Assembly: GCF_014857065.1 (NCBI RefSeq)
Contig: NZ_CP046533.1
Location: 360,001 to 392,000 of the forward strand
Source of the DNA: Candidatus Saccharimonadota bacterium
Lineage (GTDB): Bacteria; Pseudomonadota; Gammaproteobacteria; Enterobacterales; Enterobacteriaceae
DNA length: 32,000 nt
Reading direction: 5' to 3'
The position numbers and the translations under genes were made by a program. Below the pieces are notes generated by a model. That model searched no databases. It worked only from the letters and a program-made list of their open reading frames with translations, and was not told the DNA's origin. Below are positions 9,242 to 21,597 of this stretch, piece by piece (positions within the stretch are counted from its first letter, which is position 1; the number at the start of each line of letters is the position of its first letter).

Positions 9242-11902
9242 CTAATTCTTTAGAACTTCCAATACCTCAACAAGATCACCAAAACATATATCCGCATAAT
9301 TCTTGATGCTTATTCCACACTCCATACCTGCTCGCACTTCACCAACATCATCTTTGAAACGACGTAAAGATCCTAATTCACCCTCATGAATAACTATATT
9401 CTTACGCAAAACCCGTATTTTATTATGACGTTTCACCGTTCCTTCCGTTACTATACAACCAGCAATAGTTCCACATTTAGGAAAACGAAATATATTACGC
9501 ACTTCAATTGATCCAATAACTTTATATCTAAATTTAGGAATTAACAAACCATGCAACAACTGTTTTACTTCATTTATCAAATCATATATAACAGAATAAT
9601 AACGAATATCTATTTTTTCTGCATCAATAACACGTCGTGCAGAATAATCAGCCTTAACATTAAAAGCTAAAAGAACAGCGTTAGATGCAACTGCAAGAGT
9701 AACATCAGCTTCAGTAATTCCACCTATAGAAGAATATATCACCTTAACTTTCAACTTATCAGTAGATAATTCTTTCAAAGAGCCAATAATAGCTTCAGAC
9801 GAACCTTGAACATCAGATTTAAGGACAATATTTAATTCAGATATACCTTGATGTTTTTCATTAATATTAAAAATATCTTCCAATTTAGAGATTTTTTTAC
9901 TTGATAATTTAGTCTCGCGAAATTTGTTTTGACGAAAAAAAGCTACTTCACGTGCCTTTTTTTCGTCTCGCACAACAGTCATAAGATCACCTGCTATTGG
10001 TGATCCTGATAAACCAAAGACTTCTACAGGAATAGATGGGCCAGCTGAAAAAACATCTTTACCTAACTCATCTTTCATATAACGTATGCGACCATATTCA
10101 AATCCACATAATACAATATCCCCTCGCTTTAATGTCCCCTCACGTACTATTACAGAAGCAACTGGACCGCGACCCTTATCTAAATAGGCTTCGATTACTA
10201 CGCCACTAGCCATGCCATCAAAAACAGTCCTCAATTCTAAAATCTCTGATTGCAAAAGAATAGCTTCAAGTAAATCATCTATACCTATACCCATTTTAGC
10301 CGAAACATTAATAAATTGATTATCTCCACCCCATTCTTCAGGAACAATACCATACTTTACTAAATCATTTTTTATCTTATCAGAATCAGCTTCTAATTTA
10401 TCTATCTTATTAATTGCAACAATAATCGGAACTTTCGCAGCCTTGGCATGATGAATTGCTTCAATAGTTTGTAACATAACACCATCGTCAGCTGCAACAA
10501 CTAAAACAACTATATCAGTAACTTTACTACCTCGAGCACGCATAGCTGTAAATGCTGAATGGCCTGGAGTATCTAAAAAAGTAATCATACCACTACCAGT
10601 TTTAACGTGATATGCACCTATATGTTGGGTAATACCTCCAACTTCACTAGAAGCTATCTTGCTTGATCTAATATAATCTAATAACGAAGTTTTACCATGA
10701 TCTACATGCCCCATAATAGTCACAACAGGCGCACGAAATTCAGAACTGACTTTATTAGAAACATCACGATCCTTCATAATTAATTCTTCTAACGCATTTT
10801 CATTGCGTAAAATAACATTGTGTCCCATTTCTTCCGTTACTAACTGTGCAATATCTTGATCAATAACTTGATTGATAGTAGCCATAATTCCTAAATTCAT
10901 CATGGTTTTTATAAGTTGCGAACTTTTTATAGCCATCTTGTTTGCAAGTTCCACTACGGTGATAGTTTCTCCAATAACAACATTACGATTGATAAACTTG
11001 ACAGGTTTATTAAGGACTGGTTGTACTAAATTATTATTCAGCAATCTACGTTTATTACTATTTTTAACAATACGACCAACAGATCTTAATTCCTCACGCT
11101 CAACTTTTGATTCATATATCATATAATTATTATTTTTACATTTTACAGATTTTAAACTGCGAGAAAATTTAGAACGATTACGCAATTTAGAACGACGATT
11201 ATTATTAGTATTATCTATCTTTTCTTCATATATAGGACGAGAAATAACGGATGAACGATCTAACACACTATGTACCAAACCAGTATTCTTTTTCTTTTTC
11301 AATAAATTATAAGACAATTCGAAACTATGATCTTTAGATACACGTTGTGAAGTTTCTATAACCCGTTGAACATTGATCTTAACTTTCTGATGTGATTTTT
11401 TTTTTACATCTTGCTCTACGTTAATCAATTGAGATTCCTGATAAATATTATCGGGCAAAAATTGTTGAAAATTATTTTCGTCATTACTAGATTCTACACT
11501 GCAATTTGTAATAGCATCACATTCAACATGAATTGAATCTTGTACATCAGACTGTTTGTTAGATATGAATTGCTGACGATATGTGGAGGCACCTAACGTA
11601 GAGTGTGATGCAGCATCAGGCGATGCATAAACACGCTTCTTACGAATTTCAACTTGTACCTTTTTATTTCTACCCCCAATACTAGGAATGCTTAAAGTAC
11701 TACGAACTCTACGCTGCAAAATCAACTTATGTAAAGTAACTCCTCTAATTTTATCGAAATACGCAAAAAAAACTTCTTTTTCTTTTTGAGAAACTATATC
11801 AGTTGAAGTTTTAATTAAACCTATATTCGCAAACAATTGTATTAAATATTCAACCGAAGTCTTCATTTCAATTGCCAGAACTTTTACAGTTAGACCTGTC
11901 AT
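9242..11902 (-). CDS. infB: translation initiation factor IF-2
   Basis: The N-terminus [24 protein letters not shown] matches E. coli [24 protein letters not shown]. G-domain motifs [17 protein letters not shown] and NKID are present, and the C-terminal domains are conserved. The N-terminal third is diverged and Lys/Asn-rich. Confidence 0.97.
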   Translation of the reverse strand: MTGLTVKVLAIEMKTSVEYLIQLFANIGLIKTSTDIVSQKEKEVFFAYFDKIRGVTLHKLILQRRVRSTLSIPSIGGRNKKVQVEIRKKRVYASPDAASHSTLGASTYRQQFISNKQSDVQDSIHVECDAITNCSVESSNDENNFQQFLPDNIYQESQLINVEQDVKKKSHQKVKINVQRVIETSQRVSKDHSFELSYNLLKKKKNTGLVHSVLDRSSVISRPIYEEKIDNTNNNRRSKLRNRSKFSRSLKSVKCKNNNYMIYESKVEREELRSVGRIVKNSNKRRLLNNNLVQPVLNKPVKFINRNVVIGETITVVELANKMAIKSSQLIKTMMNLGIMATINQVIDQDIAQLVTEEMGHNVILRNENALEELIMKDRDVSNKVSSEFRAPVVTIMGHVDHGKTSLLDYIRSSKIASSEVGGITQHIGAYHVKTGSGMITFLDTPGHSAFTAMRARGSKVTDIVVLVVAADDGVMLQTIEAIHHAKAAKVPIIVAINKIDKLEADSDKIKNDLVKYGIVPEEWGGDNQFINVSAKMGIGIDDLLEAILLQSEILELRTVFDGMASGVVIEAYLDKGRGPVASVIVREGTLKRGDIVLCGFEYGRIRYMKDELGKDVFSAGPSIPVEVFGLSGSPIAGDLMTVVRDEKKAREVAFFRQNKFRETKLSSKKISKLEDIFNINEKHQGISELNIVLKSDVQGSSEAIIGSLKELSTDKLKVKVIYSSIGGITEADVTLAVASNAVLLAFNVKADYSARRVIDAEKIDIRYYSVIYDLINEVKQLLHGLLIPKFRYKVIGSIEVRNIFRFPKCGTIAGCIVTEGTVKRHNKIRVLRKNIVIHEGELGSLRRFKDDVGEVRAGMECGISIKNYADICFGDLVEVLEVLKN

Positions 11903-11947
11903 ATAATTCCTTAACTATAAATTACTATAATACAAACACATTGTAAC

Positions 11948-13453
11948 TTAACTATTACTAAACCAACAGATGTTACGTGCTGCCATAATTAACCCACCAA
12001 TCTCTTTAACACTCAATCCTTCAATATCTAATAAATCTTCAATACTCTGTTCAGCAAGATCTTCTAACGTACAAACATTATGTTTTGCTAACTTATACGC
12101 TATATCACGATTTAAATTAGGCAACTTAAGTAAATCTTCAGAAGGATTATTAAATACTGTCGCATTATCCACATTATCACAATTCTCTTTCTGAGTTAAT
12201 GCAAATGCAGTTAAAACATTCTCCGCTCGTAAACGTAACATATCTACAGTTTCTTGACTCAATGCCCGAATTGATAATAATTCCTTAATTGGCACATATA
12301 CTAACTCTTCTATAGAAGAAAAACCCTCTTCTACTAAAATTCTAGCTAACGATTCATCAATATCTAAATTTTTAACAAAATTAGATATTGTATTATTAGC
12401 CTCATCCTGATGTTTTTTATGCAAATCATCAACAGCCATAATATTAAGTTCCCATCCACTCAATTGAGATACTAAACGAATATTTTGTCCATTCTTCCCA
12501 ATTGCTTGAGCAAGACTACTTTCTTCTACTGCTATATCCATAGCATGCTTATCTTCATCTAAAACAATAGAAACCACATCAGTAGGAGACATAGCATTAA
12601 TAACAAATTGAGCTGGATTATCATCCCATAAGACCACATCGATTCTTTCTCCACCCAACTCGCTGGATACCGCTTGAACTCGCGCTCCACGCATGCCCAC
12701 ACAAGCCCCAACTGGATCTATACGTTTATCATTAGTTTTGACAGCAATCTTAGATCGTACACCTGGATCTCTAGCAATAGTTTTAATCTCAATTAACTCC
12801 TCACCAATTTCTGGCACTTCAATCCTAAATAATTCAATTAACATCTCCGGGCGAGAACGGGTAACAAAAAATTGGATACCCCGCACCTCTGGTTTGATTA
12901 AATATAAAACGCCACGAATCCGATCTCCTGAACGAAAATTTTCATGAGGCAACATATCCTCTCGATTAACAATAGCCTCTGCATTATTGCCTAAATCTAT
13001 ATTAATACTATTTCTACTCATTTTCTTAACAATTCCAGTAACGATGCTTCCCTCATATTTTCGAAACTGATCAACTATCATAGCTCGTTCAGCTTCACGT
13101 ACTTTCTGTACAATTACTTGCTTTGCTGCTTGAGTAGTAATTCTATCAAACAAAATAGACTCTATCTTATCCTCAAAATAATCGTTAATTTTCGCTTGAT
13201 TATTCTCCAATTTGGCTGCTGCTAAAGTGATCTCGCGAGTTGGCTGTAAAACTTTATCCACAATCAACCAACGTCTGAACGTTTCAAAATGACCTGACTT
13301 ACGATTAATGTTAACACGTATCTCCACATCTTGTTCATATTTCTTCCTCGTAGCAGCCTCTATTGCTGTTTCAAGAGCTTCAAAAATTTTTTCTCGGGGG
13401 ATAGACTTCTCATTAGAAACTGCCTCAACAACAGCTAAAACTTCTTTATTCAT
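11948..13453 (-). CDS. nusA: transcription termination/antitermination factor NusA
   Basis: The start [28 protein letters not shown] is nearly identical to E. coli NusA. S1, KH and C-terminal repeat regions are collinear (501 aa). Confidence 0.97.
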   Translation of the reverse strand: MNKEVLAVVEAVSNEKSIPREKIFEALETAIEAATRKKYEQDVEIRVNINRKSGHFETFRRWLIVDKVLQPTREITLAAAKLENNQAKINDYFEDKIESILFDRITTQAAKQVIVQKVREAERAMIVDQFRKYEGSIVTGIVKKMSRNSINIDLGNNAEAIVNREDMLPHENFRSGDRIRGVLYLIKPEVRGIQFFVTRSRPEMLIELFRIEVPEIGEELIEIKTIARDPGVRSKIAVKTNDKRIDPVGACVGMRGARVQAVSSELGGERIDVVLWDDNPAQFVINAMSPTDVVSIVLDEDKHAMDIAVEESSLAQAIGKNGQNIRLVSQLSGWELNIMAVDDLHKKHQDEANNTISNFVKNLDIDESLARILVEEGFSSIEELVYVPIKELLSIRALSQETVDMLRLRAENVLTAFALTQKENCDNVDNATVFNNPSEDLLKLPNLNRDIAYKLAKHNVCTLEDLAEQSIEDLLDIEGLSVKEIGGLIMAARNICWFSNS

Positions 13454-13478
13454 CTTTAAATTTTCTCAATAAAACAAA

Positions 13479-13934
13479 CTATGAATGTGCTACCAAATTA
13501 GCTTTCTGAATATCGTCAATCATGAAATGAACTTCCTTATTATCTACCGTTAAAATAATTGAACCATCTTCAGTAGCTCTCTTAATAATACCACGCCACC
13601 TACGGCGACCATACAACATGAAATGTAATACAAGATTAACCTCAAATCCAATAAATTGAACAAAATGCGCATAAGAAAACAACGGACGATCAAAACCCGG
13701 CGATGAAACTTCTAAATTATAAGAAACTGGAAAAATATCCTCACTATCCAACAAACATCCTACTTTTCTACTAATAACTGCACAATCATTGATTGTAACT
13801 CCTCCATGTTTTTTATCAACATAAATCCGAATTATAATTCTTCGACCACGAACTACCTCAATCCCAACCAACTCACAACCAGCGACTAAAATAGACGGGA
13901 CTACGATATCTTCTAATTTTTTCTTTAATGTCAA
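13479..13934 (-). CDS. rimP: ribosome maturation factor RimP
   Basis: The motif YNLEVSSPGFDRPLF and the C-terminal IQKANLV.H match E. coli RimP (YhbC). The start codon is TTG (13934-13932), with a GAAGGA Shine-Dalgarno about 8 nt upstream. Confidence 0.92.
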   Translation of the reverse strand: MTLKKKLEDIVVPSILVAGCELVGIEVVRGRRIIIRIYVDKKHGGVTINDCAVISRKVGCLLDSEDIFPVSYNLEVSSPGFDRPLFSYAHFVQFIGFEVNLVLHFMLYGRRRWRGIIKRATEDGSIILTVDNKEVHFMIDDIQKANLVAHS

Positions 13935-14113
13935 AAATAATCCTTCTTTCCAAATAAAAAACCTATTTCCTAAATCTACAAATCTCTAGAACTAAACGAA
14001 TCTAAAATGTACTAATTTATAATGACTCAAACAAAAACATCAGACTCACCCATCCACAATCCCAAACATAATTCAGGCAACAAAATTCCAGAATACAATT
14101 GACACCAATTAGG

Positions 14114-14187
<74 letters not shown>

Positions 14188-14214
14188 TCCAATTTACAAA
14201 ACCATGCCTGGATC

Positions 14215-14243
14215 ATTGTAAGTCAAAAACCACATAAAAGCAA
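14215..14243 (-). promoter_or_regulatory. candidate sigma70 promoter upstream of tRNA-fMet / rimP-nusA-infB
   Basis: On the minus strand: -35 TTGCTT (14243-14238), a 17-nt spacer, -10 TACAAT (14220-14215). It is followed by a GC-richer discriminator (gatccaggcatgg) about 25 nt before the tRNA 5' end. AT-rich DNA produces many -10-like hexamers, so this call is weak. Confidence 0.25.
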
Positions 14244-14277
14244 ATATTATAAAAATAAAAAATTTTTTAATATCTAA

Positions 14278-14366
14278 TACCGAGGGCGGGAGTTGAACCC
14301 GCAACACCAAATTTTTTGGTACTACCCCCTCAAGATAGCGTGTCTACCTAATTCCACCACCTCGGC
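14278..14366 (-). tRNA. leuU: tRNA-Leu (GAG), long variable arm
   Basis: The reverse complement gccgaggtggtggaattaggtagacacgctatcttgagggggtag...gcgggttcaactcccgccctcggta matches E. coli leuU in the acceptor, D and T arms. The anticodon loop is cttGAGgg. CCA is not encoded. Confidence 0.93.
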
Positions 14367-14386
14367 CAAAACTATCTCAATTCATA

Positions 14387-14713
14387 TTACTGAATATGTA
14401 AATCAATATTATCTTGGATAGATGAGTTTTCTGATAATTGATTTTGTTTTTTACAATCTTCTTTTTCAATGCAAACCTGGTTTGACTTATTACTAATATT
14501 ACCTAATATCAAACTAAGAACAAAAAATAAAAACGCCAAAAAAATAATTATACGAGAAAGATAACTATTCGAATTAGAAGGATTGAATAAAATTAAAGAA
14601 TGCTCTGTTGTAAAATTTGCACTCATATTGACATTTTGATTATATTGCAACATAATCAAACTTATTAAAATAACTGCAATGAACAAAAAAAATAACAACA
14701 AAACTAAATACAT
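14387..14713 (-). CDS. secG: preprotein translocase subunit SecG
   Basis: The N-terminus MY..LL..FL..A......IMLQ and the second TM segment LFF..SL.LGNI match E. coli SecG. It sits immediately upstream of leuU, as in E. coli. Confidence 0.9.
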   Translation of the reverse strand: MYLVLLLFFLFIAVILISLIMLQYNQNVNMSANFTTEHSLILFNPSNSNSYLSRIIIFLAFLFFVLSLILGNISNKSNQVCIEKEDCKKQNQLSENSSIQDNIDLHIQ

Positions 14714-14874
14714 AAAATTTTCTCACATTTTAATTATTATTATTAAATTTAAAATACAAAGATAAGATGTCACTCACCAATCGTTGAAATTAAGTACTTA
14801 AAATATATGCCATCATCTGTTAAAGATAAGACCACAGTGTAAATAACTGTAACATAAATAAAATTACCAAACGA

Positions 14875-16215
14875 TTAACAACTCACAGATCTTATAACAT
14901 TTACAATATTATTCGCCAAATAATTTATTTCTTTTAAATCGTCTCCCTCTAACATTACTCTAATGCAAGGTTCAGTACCAGATTTACGTAATAACACACG
15001 ACCACGACCTAATAATTGACACTGAACATCCTGATAAACTCTTTTTACAATGGATGCTTCTAAAGGATCTACACAATTTGTAAAATAAACATTTAACAAT
15101 ACTTGAGGTAATAAACATACGTCTTTACTTAAATTATATAAATTTGTACCATTATTTAACATAGCGGATAAAATTTGTAAAGAAGCAATAATGCCATCAC
15201 CAGTAGTTGTATAGTCCAAAAGAATTATATGTCCTGAATTCTCAGCGCCAATACGCCAACCTTTTTTATTTAACATGTCAATTATAGAACGATCTCCAAC
15301 ATCAGATCTAACAAAAGGAATACCTAATTTTTGTAACGAAGTGAATAACCCCATATTACTCATCAAAGTTCCAACCACACCACCTTTTAATTTAGATAAA
15401 CGTAAACTTTCTTTTGCAATAATATAAATCATTTTATCTCCATTAACTTTATTACCAAGATGATCTATCATGATCACTCTATCTCCATCTCCATCATATG
15501 CTATACCCAGATCGGCATGTTCTTGCAAAACTTTAATTTGTAATTGTCTAATATCTGTCGTGCCACATTTTTTATTAATATTCATACCATCCGGACGACA
15601 TCCAATAGTAATTATTTTAGCACCAAGTTCTTTTAAAACATTAGGTGCAATATGATAAGTGGCACCATTAGCACAATCTACTACAACTTTTAACTTTTTG
15701 AGAGTAAGATGTGCGGGAAAAGTTGATTTACAAAACTCTATATAACGACCTGAAGCATCAATGATACGACTAGCTTTACCTAACTTTGATGAATCCACAC
15801 AAACAAGTTTATTATTTAAATAATCTTCAATAAATAATTCTATTTTATTCGATAATTTAACACCTGCTGTAGAAAAAAATTTTATACCGTTATCATAATA
15901 TGGATTATGAGAAGCAGAGATCACAATACCGACTACTGCACGAAAAGTACGAGTTAAATACGCAATCGCTGGAGTAGGCATTGGTCCGGTCAAAGCTGAA
16001 GATAAACCTGCAGAAGATAAACCTGCTTCTAATGCAGATTCCAACATATAGCCAGAAATACGAGTATCTTTACCAATTATTACCATACCCGAATTCTTAC
16101 AACCTAAAACCTTACCAACAGCCCAACCAAGCTTTAAAACAAATTCAGGAGTAATAAGCATCTCGCCTACTCTACCTCTAATACCGTCGGTACCAAAATA
16201 ATTACAACAATTCAT
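14875..16215 (-). CDS. glmM: phosphoglucosamine mutase
   Basis: Matches include [32 protein letters not shown] (the phosphoserine loop), [13 protein letters not shown] and [12 protein letters not shown]. The 446 aa product is collinear with E. coli GlmM. Confidence 0.97.
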   Translation of the reverse strand: MNCCNYFGTDGIRGRVGEMLITPEFVLKLGWAVGKVLGCKNSGMVIIGKDTRISGYMLESALEAGLSSAGLSSALTGPMPTPAIAYLTRTFRAVVGIVISASHNPYYDNGIKFFSTAGVKLSNKIELFIEDYLNNKLVCVDSSKLGKASRIIDASGRYIEFCKSTFPAHLTLKKLKVVVDCANGATYHIAPNVLKELGAKIITIGCRPDGMNINKKCGTTDIRQLQIKVLQEHADLGIAYDGDGDRVIMIDHLGNKVNGDKMIYIIAKESLRLSKLKGGVVGTLMSNMGLFTSLQKLGIPFVRSDVGDRSIIDMLNKKGWRIGAENSGHIILLDYTTTGDGIIASLQILSAMLNNGTNLYNLSKDVCLLPQVLLNVYFTNCVDPLEASIVKRVYQDVQCQLLGRGRVLLRKSGTEPCIRVMLEGDDLKEINYLANNIVNVIRSVSC

Positions 16216-16217
16216 AA

Positions 16218-17072
16218 TTAAAATATCTCTCCATATCGAAGAGTAGCATCAGCTACTTTTAGAGCTTCTACAGTTTCTTGTACATCATGCACACGAATAA
16301 TTTTGGCACCTTGCATAGCAGAAATTACAGCAGCGGCAACACTACCAATTTTTCTACATTTAGAATCATCCTTTACTAAATCACTAATCATAAACTTACG
16401 TGATATTCCTACTAATAAAGGTATACCAAAATGACGAAAATACTTTAAATTAGATAAAAGTTGATAATTATGTTTCAAATTTTTACCAAAACCAAAACCA
16501 GGATCAATAATCAACCTGTTCTTTTTAAGTCCTGCTATCTCATAACGTATAATCTGTTTTGCGAAATAAGAATCTATCTCATACAAAATATTTTGATAAT
16601 AAGGGTTATTCTGCATATTGTGAGGAGAACCTTGCATATGCATTACACAAACCGCTAATTCACTATTATTAACAACAGCTTCCAATGCGCCATCTATACT
16701 AAGAGAGCGTATATCATTAATCAAATGTACTCCTAACGCTGCGCTTTCTTCCATTATCAAAGGTTGTGATGTGTTGACCGAAATATAAACACTAAAACGT
16801 TTAATTAATTCTACTATTATAGGAACAACACGGGAAGCCTCCTCGTCACAACTAACAATAGATGCTCCCGGACGAGTGGATTCTCCGCCAACATCAATAA
16901 AATATGCCCCTTCCGAAATCATTGCTGCAACACGATCAATAGCTTTTCCAACAGAAGAATACCGACCTCCATCAAAAAAGGAATCTGGAGATACATTCAA
17001 AATGCCCATTACAACAGGATGCAAATTATTATTTAATTCATCAAGTACACGCTTTCTCAAAACAAACCCCAC
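16218..17072 (-). CDS. folP: dihydropteroate synthase
   Basis: Matches include [43 protein letters not shown] and [15 protein letters not shown]. The ORF-track start is GTG (17072-17070), so the exact start is uncertain. Confidence 0.93.
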   Translation of the reverse strand: MGFVLRKRVLDELNNNLHPVVMGILNVSPDSFFDGGRYSSVGKAIDRVAAMISEGAYFIDVGGESTRPGASIVSCDEEASRVVPIIVELIKRFSVYISVNTSQPLIMEESAALGVHLINDIRSLSIDGALEAVVNNSELAVCVMHMQGSPHNMQNNPYYQNILYEIDSYFAKQIIRYEIAGLKKNRLIIDPGFGFGKNLKHNYQLLSNLKYFRHFGIPLLVGISRKFMISDLVKDDSKCRKIGSVAAAVISAMQGAKIIRVHDVQETVEALKVADATLRYGEIF

Positions 17073-17175
17073 CTACCACAAAATTAATTTATTCTTAATG
17101 CACTATCCTTATTTTTTAAAAAGTCAGTTAACAAAATAATACTAAATCAAGAATTACGTACTAACAAAAATAATA

Positions 17176-19017
17176 TTATTTTATATCCGTAATGTCATCT
17201 CTTTCTTCCCAACCTGCAGGATGACGTACTAATCTGCGATTCATCAAATCATCTATTTGAGATGCATCAATAGTTTCATATTTCATTAATGCATCTTTCA
17301 TTGCATGTAAAATATCTATATTTGCTACAAGTAATCCGCGTGCACGTGAATAATTACGTTCAACTAAAAGTTTTACTTCTTGATCTATAATGCGAGCAGT
17401 TTCATCAGACATATGTTTAACTTTAGCAACTGATCTACCGAGAAAAATTTCACCTTCTTCTTCAGCGTACAATAATGGACCTAATCGATCTGAAAAACCC
17501 CATTGAGTAACCATATTACGAGCGATGGAAGTAGCCACTTTAATATCATTAGAAGCACCAGTAGAAACCCTTTTCCAACCATAAATAAGCTCTTCAGCGA
17601 GACGACCACCGTACAAAGTAGAAATTTGACTTTCCAATTTCTGACGACTTGCACTAATCTCATCTTGTTCAGGTAAAAAAAACGTCACACCTAAAGCTCT
17701 GCCCCGAGGAATAATAGTAACCTTATGTACTGGATCATGTTCTGGAACTAATCTTCCTATAATCGCATGACCTGCTTCATGATAAGCAGTAGATTCTTTT
17801 TGGAACTCGGTCATCACCATAGATCGACGTTCAGTACCCATCATAATCTTATCTTTAGCTTTTTCGAACTCTACCATAGAAACCAGCTTTTTATTATCTC
17901 GAGCAGCAAATAAAGCAGCTTCATTAACTAAATTAGCCAAATCCGCTCCAGAAAACCCAGGAGTACCACGAGCAATTACAGATACATCAATATCCAGAGC
18001 TAATGGTACGAATTTCATATGTACCTTTAAAATTTGTTCTCTTCCCCGTACATCCGGTAACCCTACCACTACTTGTCTATCAAAACGACCCGGGCGTAAC
18101 AAAGCAGGATCAAGTACATCAGGACGATTAGTAGCCGCTATAACAATAATACCTTCATTACCTTCAAAACCATCCATTTCTACTAACATTTGATTTAAAG
18201 TTTGTTCACGTTCATCATGACCACCACCTAAACCTGCACCACGTTGACGACCAACAGCATCAATCTCATCTATAAAAATGATACATGGAGATGTCTTTTT
18301 TGCTTGTTCAAACATATCCCTAACACGAGATGCACCCACGCCGACAAACATCTCAACAAAATCAGAACCAGAAATAGTAAAAAAAGGAACTTTGGCCTCA
18401 CCAGCAATCGCTTTAGCTAATAAAGTCTTCCCAGTACCTGGGGGGCCAACCATTAAAACCCCTTTTGGAATTTTACCACCTAATTTTTGAAATCTACCAG
18501 GCTCACGCAAATAATCCACTAATTCACTAACTTCTTCTTTAGCTTCATCACAACCAGCAACATCAGCAAAAGTTGTTTTTATCTGATCTCCAGTCAACAT
18601 ACGTGCTTTGCTTTTGCCAAATGACATTGCTCCTTTACCACCTCCTTGCATTTGCCTCATGAAAAAAATCCAAACTCCTATTAACAATAACATTGGAAAC
18701 CAAGAAATAAAAATAGATGCTAATAAACTAGGTTCTTCTGGTGGCTCTCCTGTCACTTTGACTTTTTTATCTAAAAGAACATCAAGTAGTGTAGGATCAT
18801 TTATAGGGATATAGGTCATATAACGATGACTATCTTTCTTAGTAACAACAATTTCACGACCATTAATACGTACTTCTTTAATTTGATCTTGATTTAATTC
18901 CAATATAAACGTAGAATAATCCACTTTGCGACTATTTGAGTCGCCAGGCCCGAAACTCTGGAAAACTGACATCAATACTATTGCAATAACTAACCAGAGA
19001 ACTAGGTTTTTTGCCAT
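17176..19017 (-). CDS. ftsH: ATP-dependent zinc metalloprotease FtsH
   Basis: The protein is extremely similar to E. coli FtsH throughout ([24 protein letters not shown], Walker [17 protein letters not shown], zinc site HEAGH). I place the start at the ATG at 19017 (MAKN...). The ORF track extends three codons further to a TTG at 19026. Confidence 0.97.
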   Translation of the reverse strand: MAKNLVLWLVIAIVLMSVFQSFGPGDSNSRKVDYSTFILELNQDQIKEVRINGREIVVTKKDSHRYMTYIPINDPTLLDVLLDKKVKVTGEPPEEPSLLASIFISWFPMLLLIGVWIFFMRQMQGGGKGAMSFGKSKARMLTGDQIKTTFADVAGCDEAKEEVSELVDYLREPGRFQKLGGKIPKGVLMVGPPGTGKTLLAKAIAGEAKVPFFTISGSDFVEMFVGVGASRVRDMFEQAKKTSPCIIFIDEIDAVGRQRGAGLGGGHDEREQTLNQMLVEMDGFEGNEGIIVIAATNRPDVLDPALLRPGRFDRQVVVGLPDVRGREQILKVHMKFVPLALDIDVSVIARGTPGFSGADLANLVNEAALFAARDNKKLVSMVEFEKAKDKIMMGTERRSMVMTEFQKESTAYHEAGHAIIGRLVPEHDPVHKVTIIPRGRALGVTFFLPEQDEISASRQKLESQISTLYGGRLAEELIYGWKRVSTGASNDIKVATSIARNMVTQWGFSDRLGPLLYAEEEGEIFLGRSVAKVKHMSDETARIIDQEVKLLVERNYSRARGLLVANIDILHAMKDALMKYETIDASQIDDLMNRRLVRHPAGWEERDDITDIK

Positions 19018-19083
19018 GTCACTCAAAAAATTAACCTCATAATTACAACGATATCCTTATTTAGCATAAGACAATTATATTTA

Positions 19084-19713
19084 CTATATTTTATATCCCT
19101 TAGCTACTATATACACTTCACGAGAACTCAATCTTGAAGCATCTGGCTTACGAATCTCTACTTTAGTAAACAAAGAACGTATACAACATAAATATTTTTC
19201 AAATCCTTCTCCTTGAAAAATCTTCAGCACTAAATAACCACCAACTTCTAAAATATTTGCGCATATATGAATAACTAATTCTCCAAGATGAATAGATCTG
19301 GGAATATCAATTTCTGATTTACCACTAATGTTAGGAGACATATCAGACAAAATAACTTGAACTTTTTTATTATTCAACAAATTGTATAAAATTTTTATTA
19401 CTTTATTATCATTTAGATCTCCTTGTAAAAAATACACTCTGGGTATGGGTTTCATAGGTAAAATGTCACAAGCTATGACAAATCCATTTTTACCTACTTT
19501 ATTTACTACATATTTAGACCAACCACCAGGAGCAGAACCTAAATCAACAACCGAAATTCCAGGTTTAAATAAACTATCAGTAAATTGTAAATTAGCTAAT
19601 TTAAACCAAGAACGAGATCGCAAATGTTTTTTAAAAGCACGTTTGACATAATAATCAGCACGATGACTATGTAGCCACCTAATAGATTTTGCAGCACTTC
19701 TATGAGTCACCAT
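19084..19713 (-). CDS. rlmE: 23S rRNA U2552 2'-O-ribose methyltransferase
   Basis: Matches include LRSRSWFKL, VVDLGSAPGGWS (the SAM-binding motif), DMSPN.SG, KIFQGEGF and SREVYIVA. The 209 aa length matches E. coli. Confidence 0.95.
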   Translation of the reverse strand: MVTHRSAAKSIRWLHSHRADYYVKRAFKKHLRSRSWFKLANLQFTDSLFKPGISVVDLGSAPGGWSKYVVNKVGKNGFVIACDILPMKPIPRVYFLQGDLNDNKVIKILYNLLNNKKVQVILSDMSPNISGKSEIDIPRSIHLGELVIHICANILEVGGYLVLKIFQGEGFEKYLCCIRSLFTKVEIRKPDASRLSSREVYIVAKGYKI

Positions 19714-19720
19714 AATGAAA

Positions 19721-20197
19721 TTATATATACTTAACTATCAATATTTTATATTCTACTAATCCGCCTGGAGTTTTAATTATTACAATCTCATCTTCCCTTT
19801 TTCCAATTAACCCGCGAGCAATAGGAGAATTAATTGAAATCATATTTTCTCTAAAATTAGCTTCATCATCACCTACAATACGATAAGTTTTTTTATGTTT
19901 TGTATATAAATTTTCAATGGTTACTGTTGATCCAAAAATCACAACATTATCAGGGGATAATTTAGTGATATCAATAATATGAGCATTAGCAAGCTTAGCT
20001 TCTATTTCTTGAATACGTCCTTCACAAAATCCCTGTTGTTCACGTGCAGCATGATATTCAGCATTTTCTTTTAAATCTCCATGTTCACGAGCTTCAGCAA
20101 TAACTTTAATAATTTCTGACCGACGTATATTTTTCAAATAATTCAATTCTGCTCTTAATTTTTCCATACCATGTACAGTCATTGGAATTTGATTCAT
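19721..20197 (-). CDS. greA: transcript cleavage factor GreA
   Basis: The start [18 protein letters not shown], then [26 protein letters not shown], match E. coli GreA. The product is 158 aa. A GAGGTG Shine-Dalgarno lies upstream. Confidence 0.96.
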   Translation of the reverse strand: MNQIPMTVHGMEKLRAELNYLKNIRRSEIIKVIAEAREHGDLKENAEYHAAREQQGFCEGRIQEIEAKLANAHIIDITKLSPDNVVIFGSTVTIENLYTKHKKTYRIVGDDEANFRENMISINSPIARGLIGKREDEIVIIKTPGGLVEYKILIVKYI

Positions 20198-20715
20198 ACA
20201 ATTTCACCTCTTATATTTTACAAAACATAAAAGCACGCCTAATTCATTATTTTAAATACATCAACACAATAATAAACTACTACTTTAGAAAATTAAACTA
20301 CGTGAATAATTTTAATGACCATAATCAAATTTTGAAAAAAACAATTCGTAAACAAAATAAAATAGATATCAACACCTTCAAAAATACATTAGAATAAAAT
20401 ATATCCTTAACAAAGGATCACATAACCAAATCAACAAAAACATTCTATATCACCAAGATAAATTTTTTAGTAAAACGGAACCACTATGATCATAAACATA
20501 CAGTTCATAAATTTAACACCAGAATACATAATTATTCTGACAGTAAATTAAATAAAAAATTAATTCTCAAAGTTTTAATGATTTAAATAAAATTTTATTT
20601 TAAACAAAGCAAATTTTATCTAAAATATATCTTGTCATATCAATAATAAAAATAAAATTGACAATAAATCATCACTGATAAAATACCCTACTTTAATAAA
20701 ATACCCATACATAAT

Positions 20716-21243
20716 TTATTTTATAACTCTATTAAAAGAACAAAGAATTTCGTTTTTAGCAGCTTCAGCATTATCCCAACCGATAATTTTTACCCATTTC
20801 TTTTCTTCTAAATCTTTGTAATGTTTAAAAAAATGAACAATTTGTTTGCACAATAATTTAGGTAAATCACTAACATCTCGGATATGTTGATATTCGAGTG
20901 TTATATCAACATGCGGAACTGCTATAATTTTAAAATCCTCACCAGATTCATCAATCATTTTTAACATACCTATCGGACAACTACGTATTACTGATTTAGA
21001 CTGCAAAGGGTATGAAGTAGGAACTAGAACATCAACTGGATCCTTATCTAAAGAAAGAGTATTATTTATATACCCATAATTACAAGGATAAAACATTGTA
21101 GAACAAATGAATCTATCAACAAACAAAAAACCATTTTGCTTGTTAATTTCATATTTAATCGGACCTGAATTAGCAGGTATTTCAATAACAACATAAACAT
21201 CATCTGGAACGTTTACACCAGCCGGTAACTTCTCAAAATTCAT
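20716..21243 (-). CDS. ppa: inorganic pyrophosphatase
   Basis: Matches include [47 protein letters not shown] and [14 protein letters not shown]. The 175 aa product is collinear with E. coli Ppa. Confidence 0.96.
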   Translation of the reverse strand: MNFEKLPAGVNVPDDVYVVIEIPANSGPIKYEINKQNGFLFVDRFICSTMFYPCNYGYINNTLSLDKDPVDVLVPTSYPLQSKSVIRSCPIGMLKMIDESGEDFKIIAVPHVDITLEYQHIRDVSDLPKLLCKQIVHFFKHYKDLEEKKWVKIIGWDNAEAAKNEILCSFNRVIK

Positions 21244-21597
21244 ATATTATCCCTAAAATTAAATATTAAATATCATGTTGCAACATGTAATTTCTTACTA
21301 AAACATACAACAATTATTATTTCATTAAACTAAAATAAACACTTAATTGCATTTTGGAAAATTTTAAATAAACAAACGCTAAATAAACAATCATTCATCA
21401 AACAATGATCTCTATTTTGTTGTAAAACAGACAAAAATAAAACGATACAAACATCATTATATATAAGACACAATAACATTTACATATTATTAATAATAAA
21501 ACATCCACAAATTTCTCAATATAACCAAAATATTATCATGTTCTGAATACAAACCAAATAACTACAATGTGATATTAATTCAACTATCTTATCATTC

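Noticed and set aside
10872-12947. Plus-strand ORFs antisense to infB (10872-11126) and nusA (11970-12194, 12693-12947).
   Set aside because: These are antisense shadows of conserved genes. Open antisense frames like these are expected by chance opposite long CDSs.
15470-19651. Short ORFs overlapping glmM, folP, ftsH and rlmE (15470-15655, 16461-16658, 16876-17139, 17481-17663, 18278-18490, 18608-18814, 19382-19651).
   Set aside because: All are nested in, or antisense to, highly conserved genes, and none resembles a known family.
20182-20397. A 71-aa plus-strand ORF. Its start MEFDS...FTSYI briefly looked like the DacB N-terminus (MRFSRF..LTSCI).
   Set aside because: Its first five codons are just the antisense of the conserved greA N-terminus (ATGAATCAAATTCCAATG), so the apparent match is an artefact. 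The rest is Asn/Lys/Ile low-complexity sequence.
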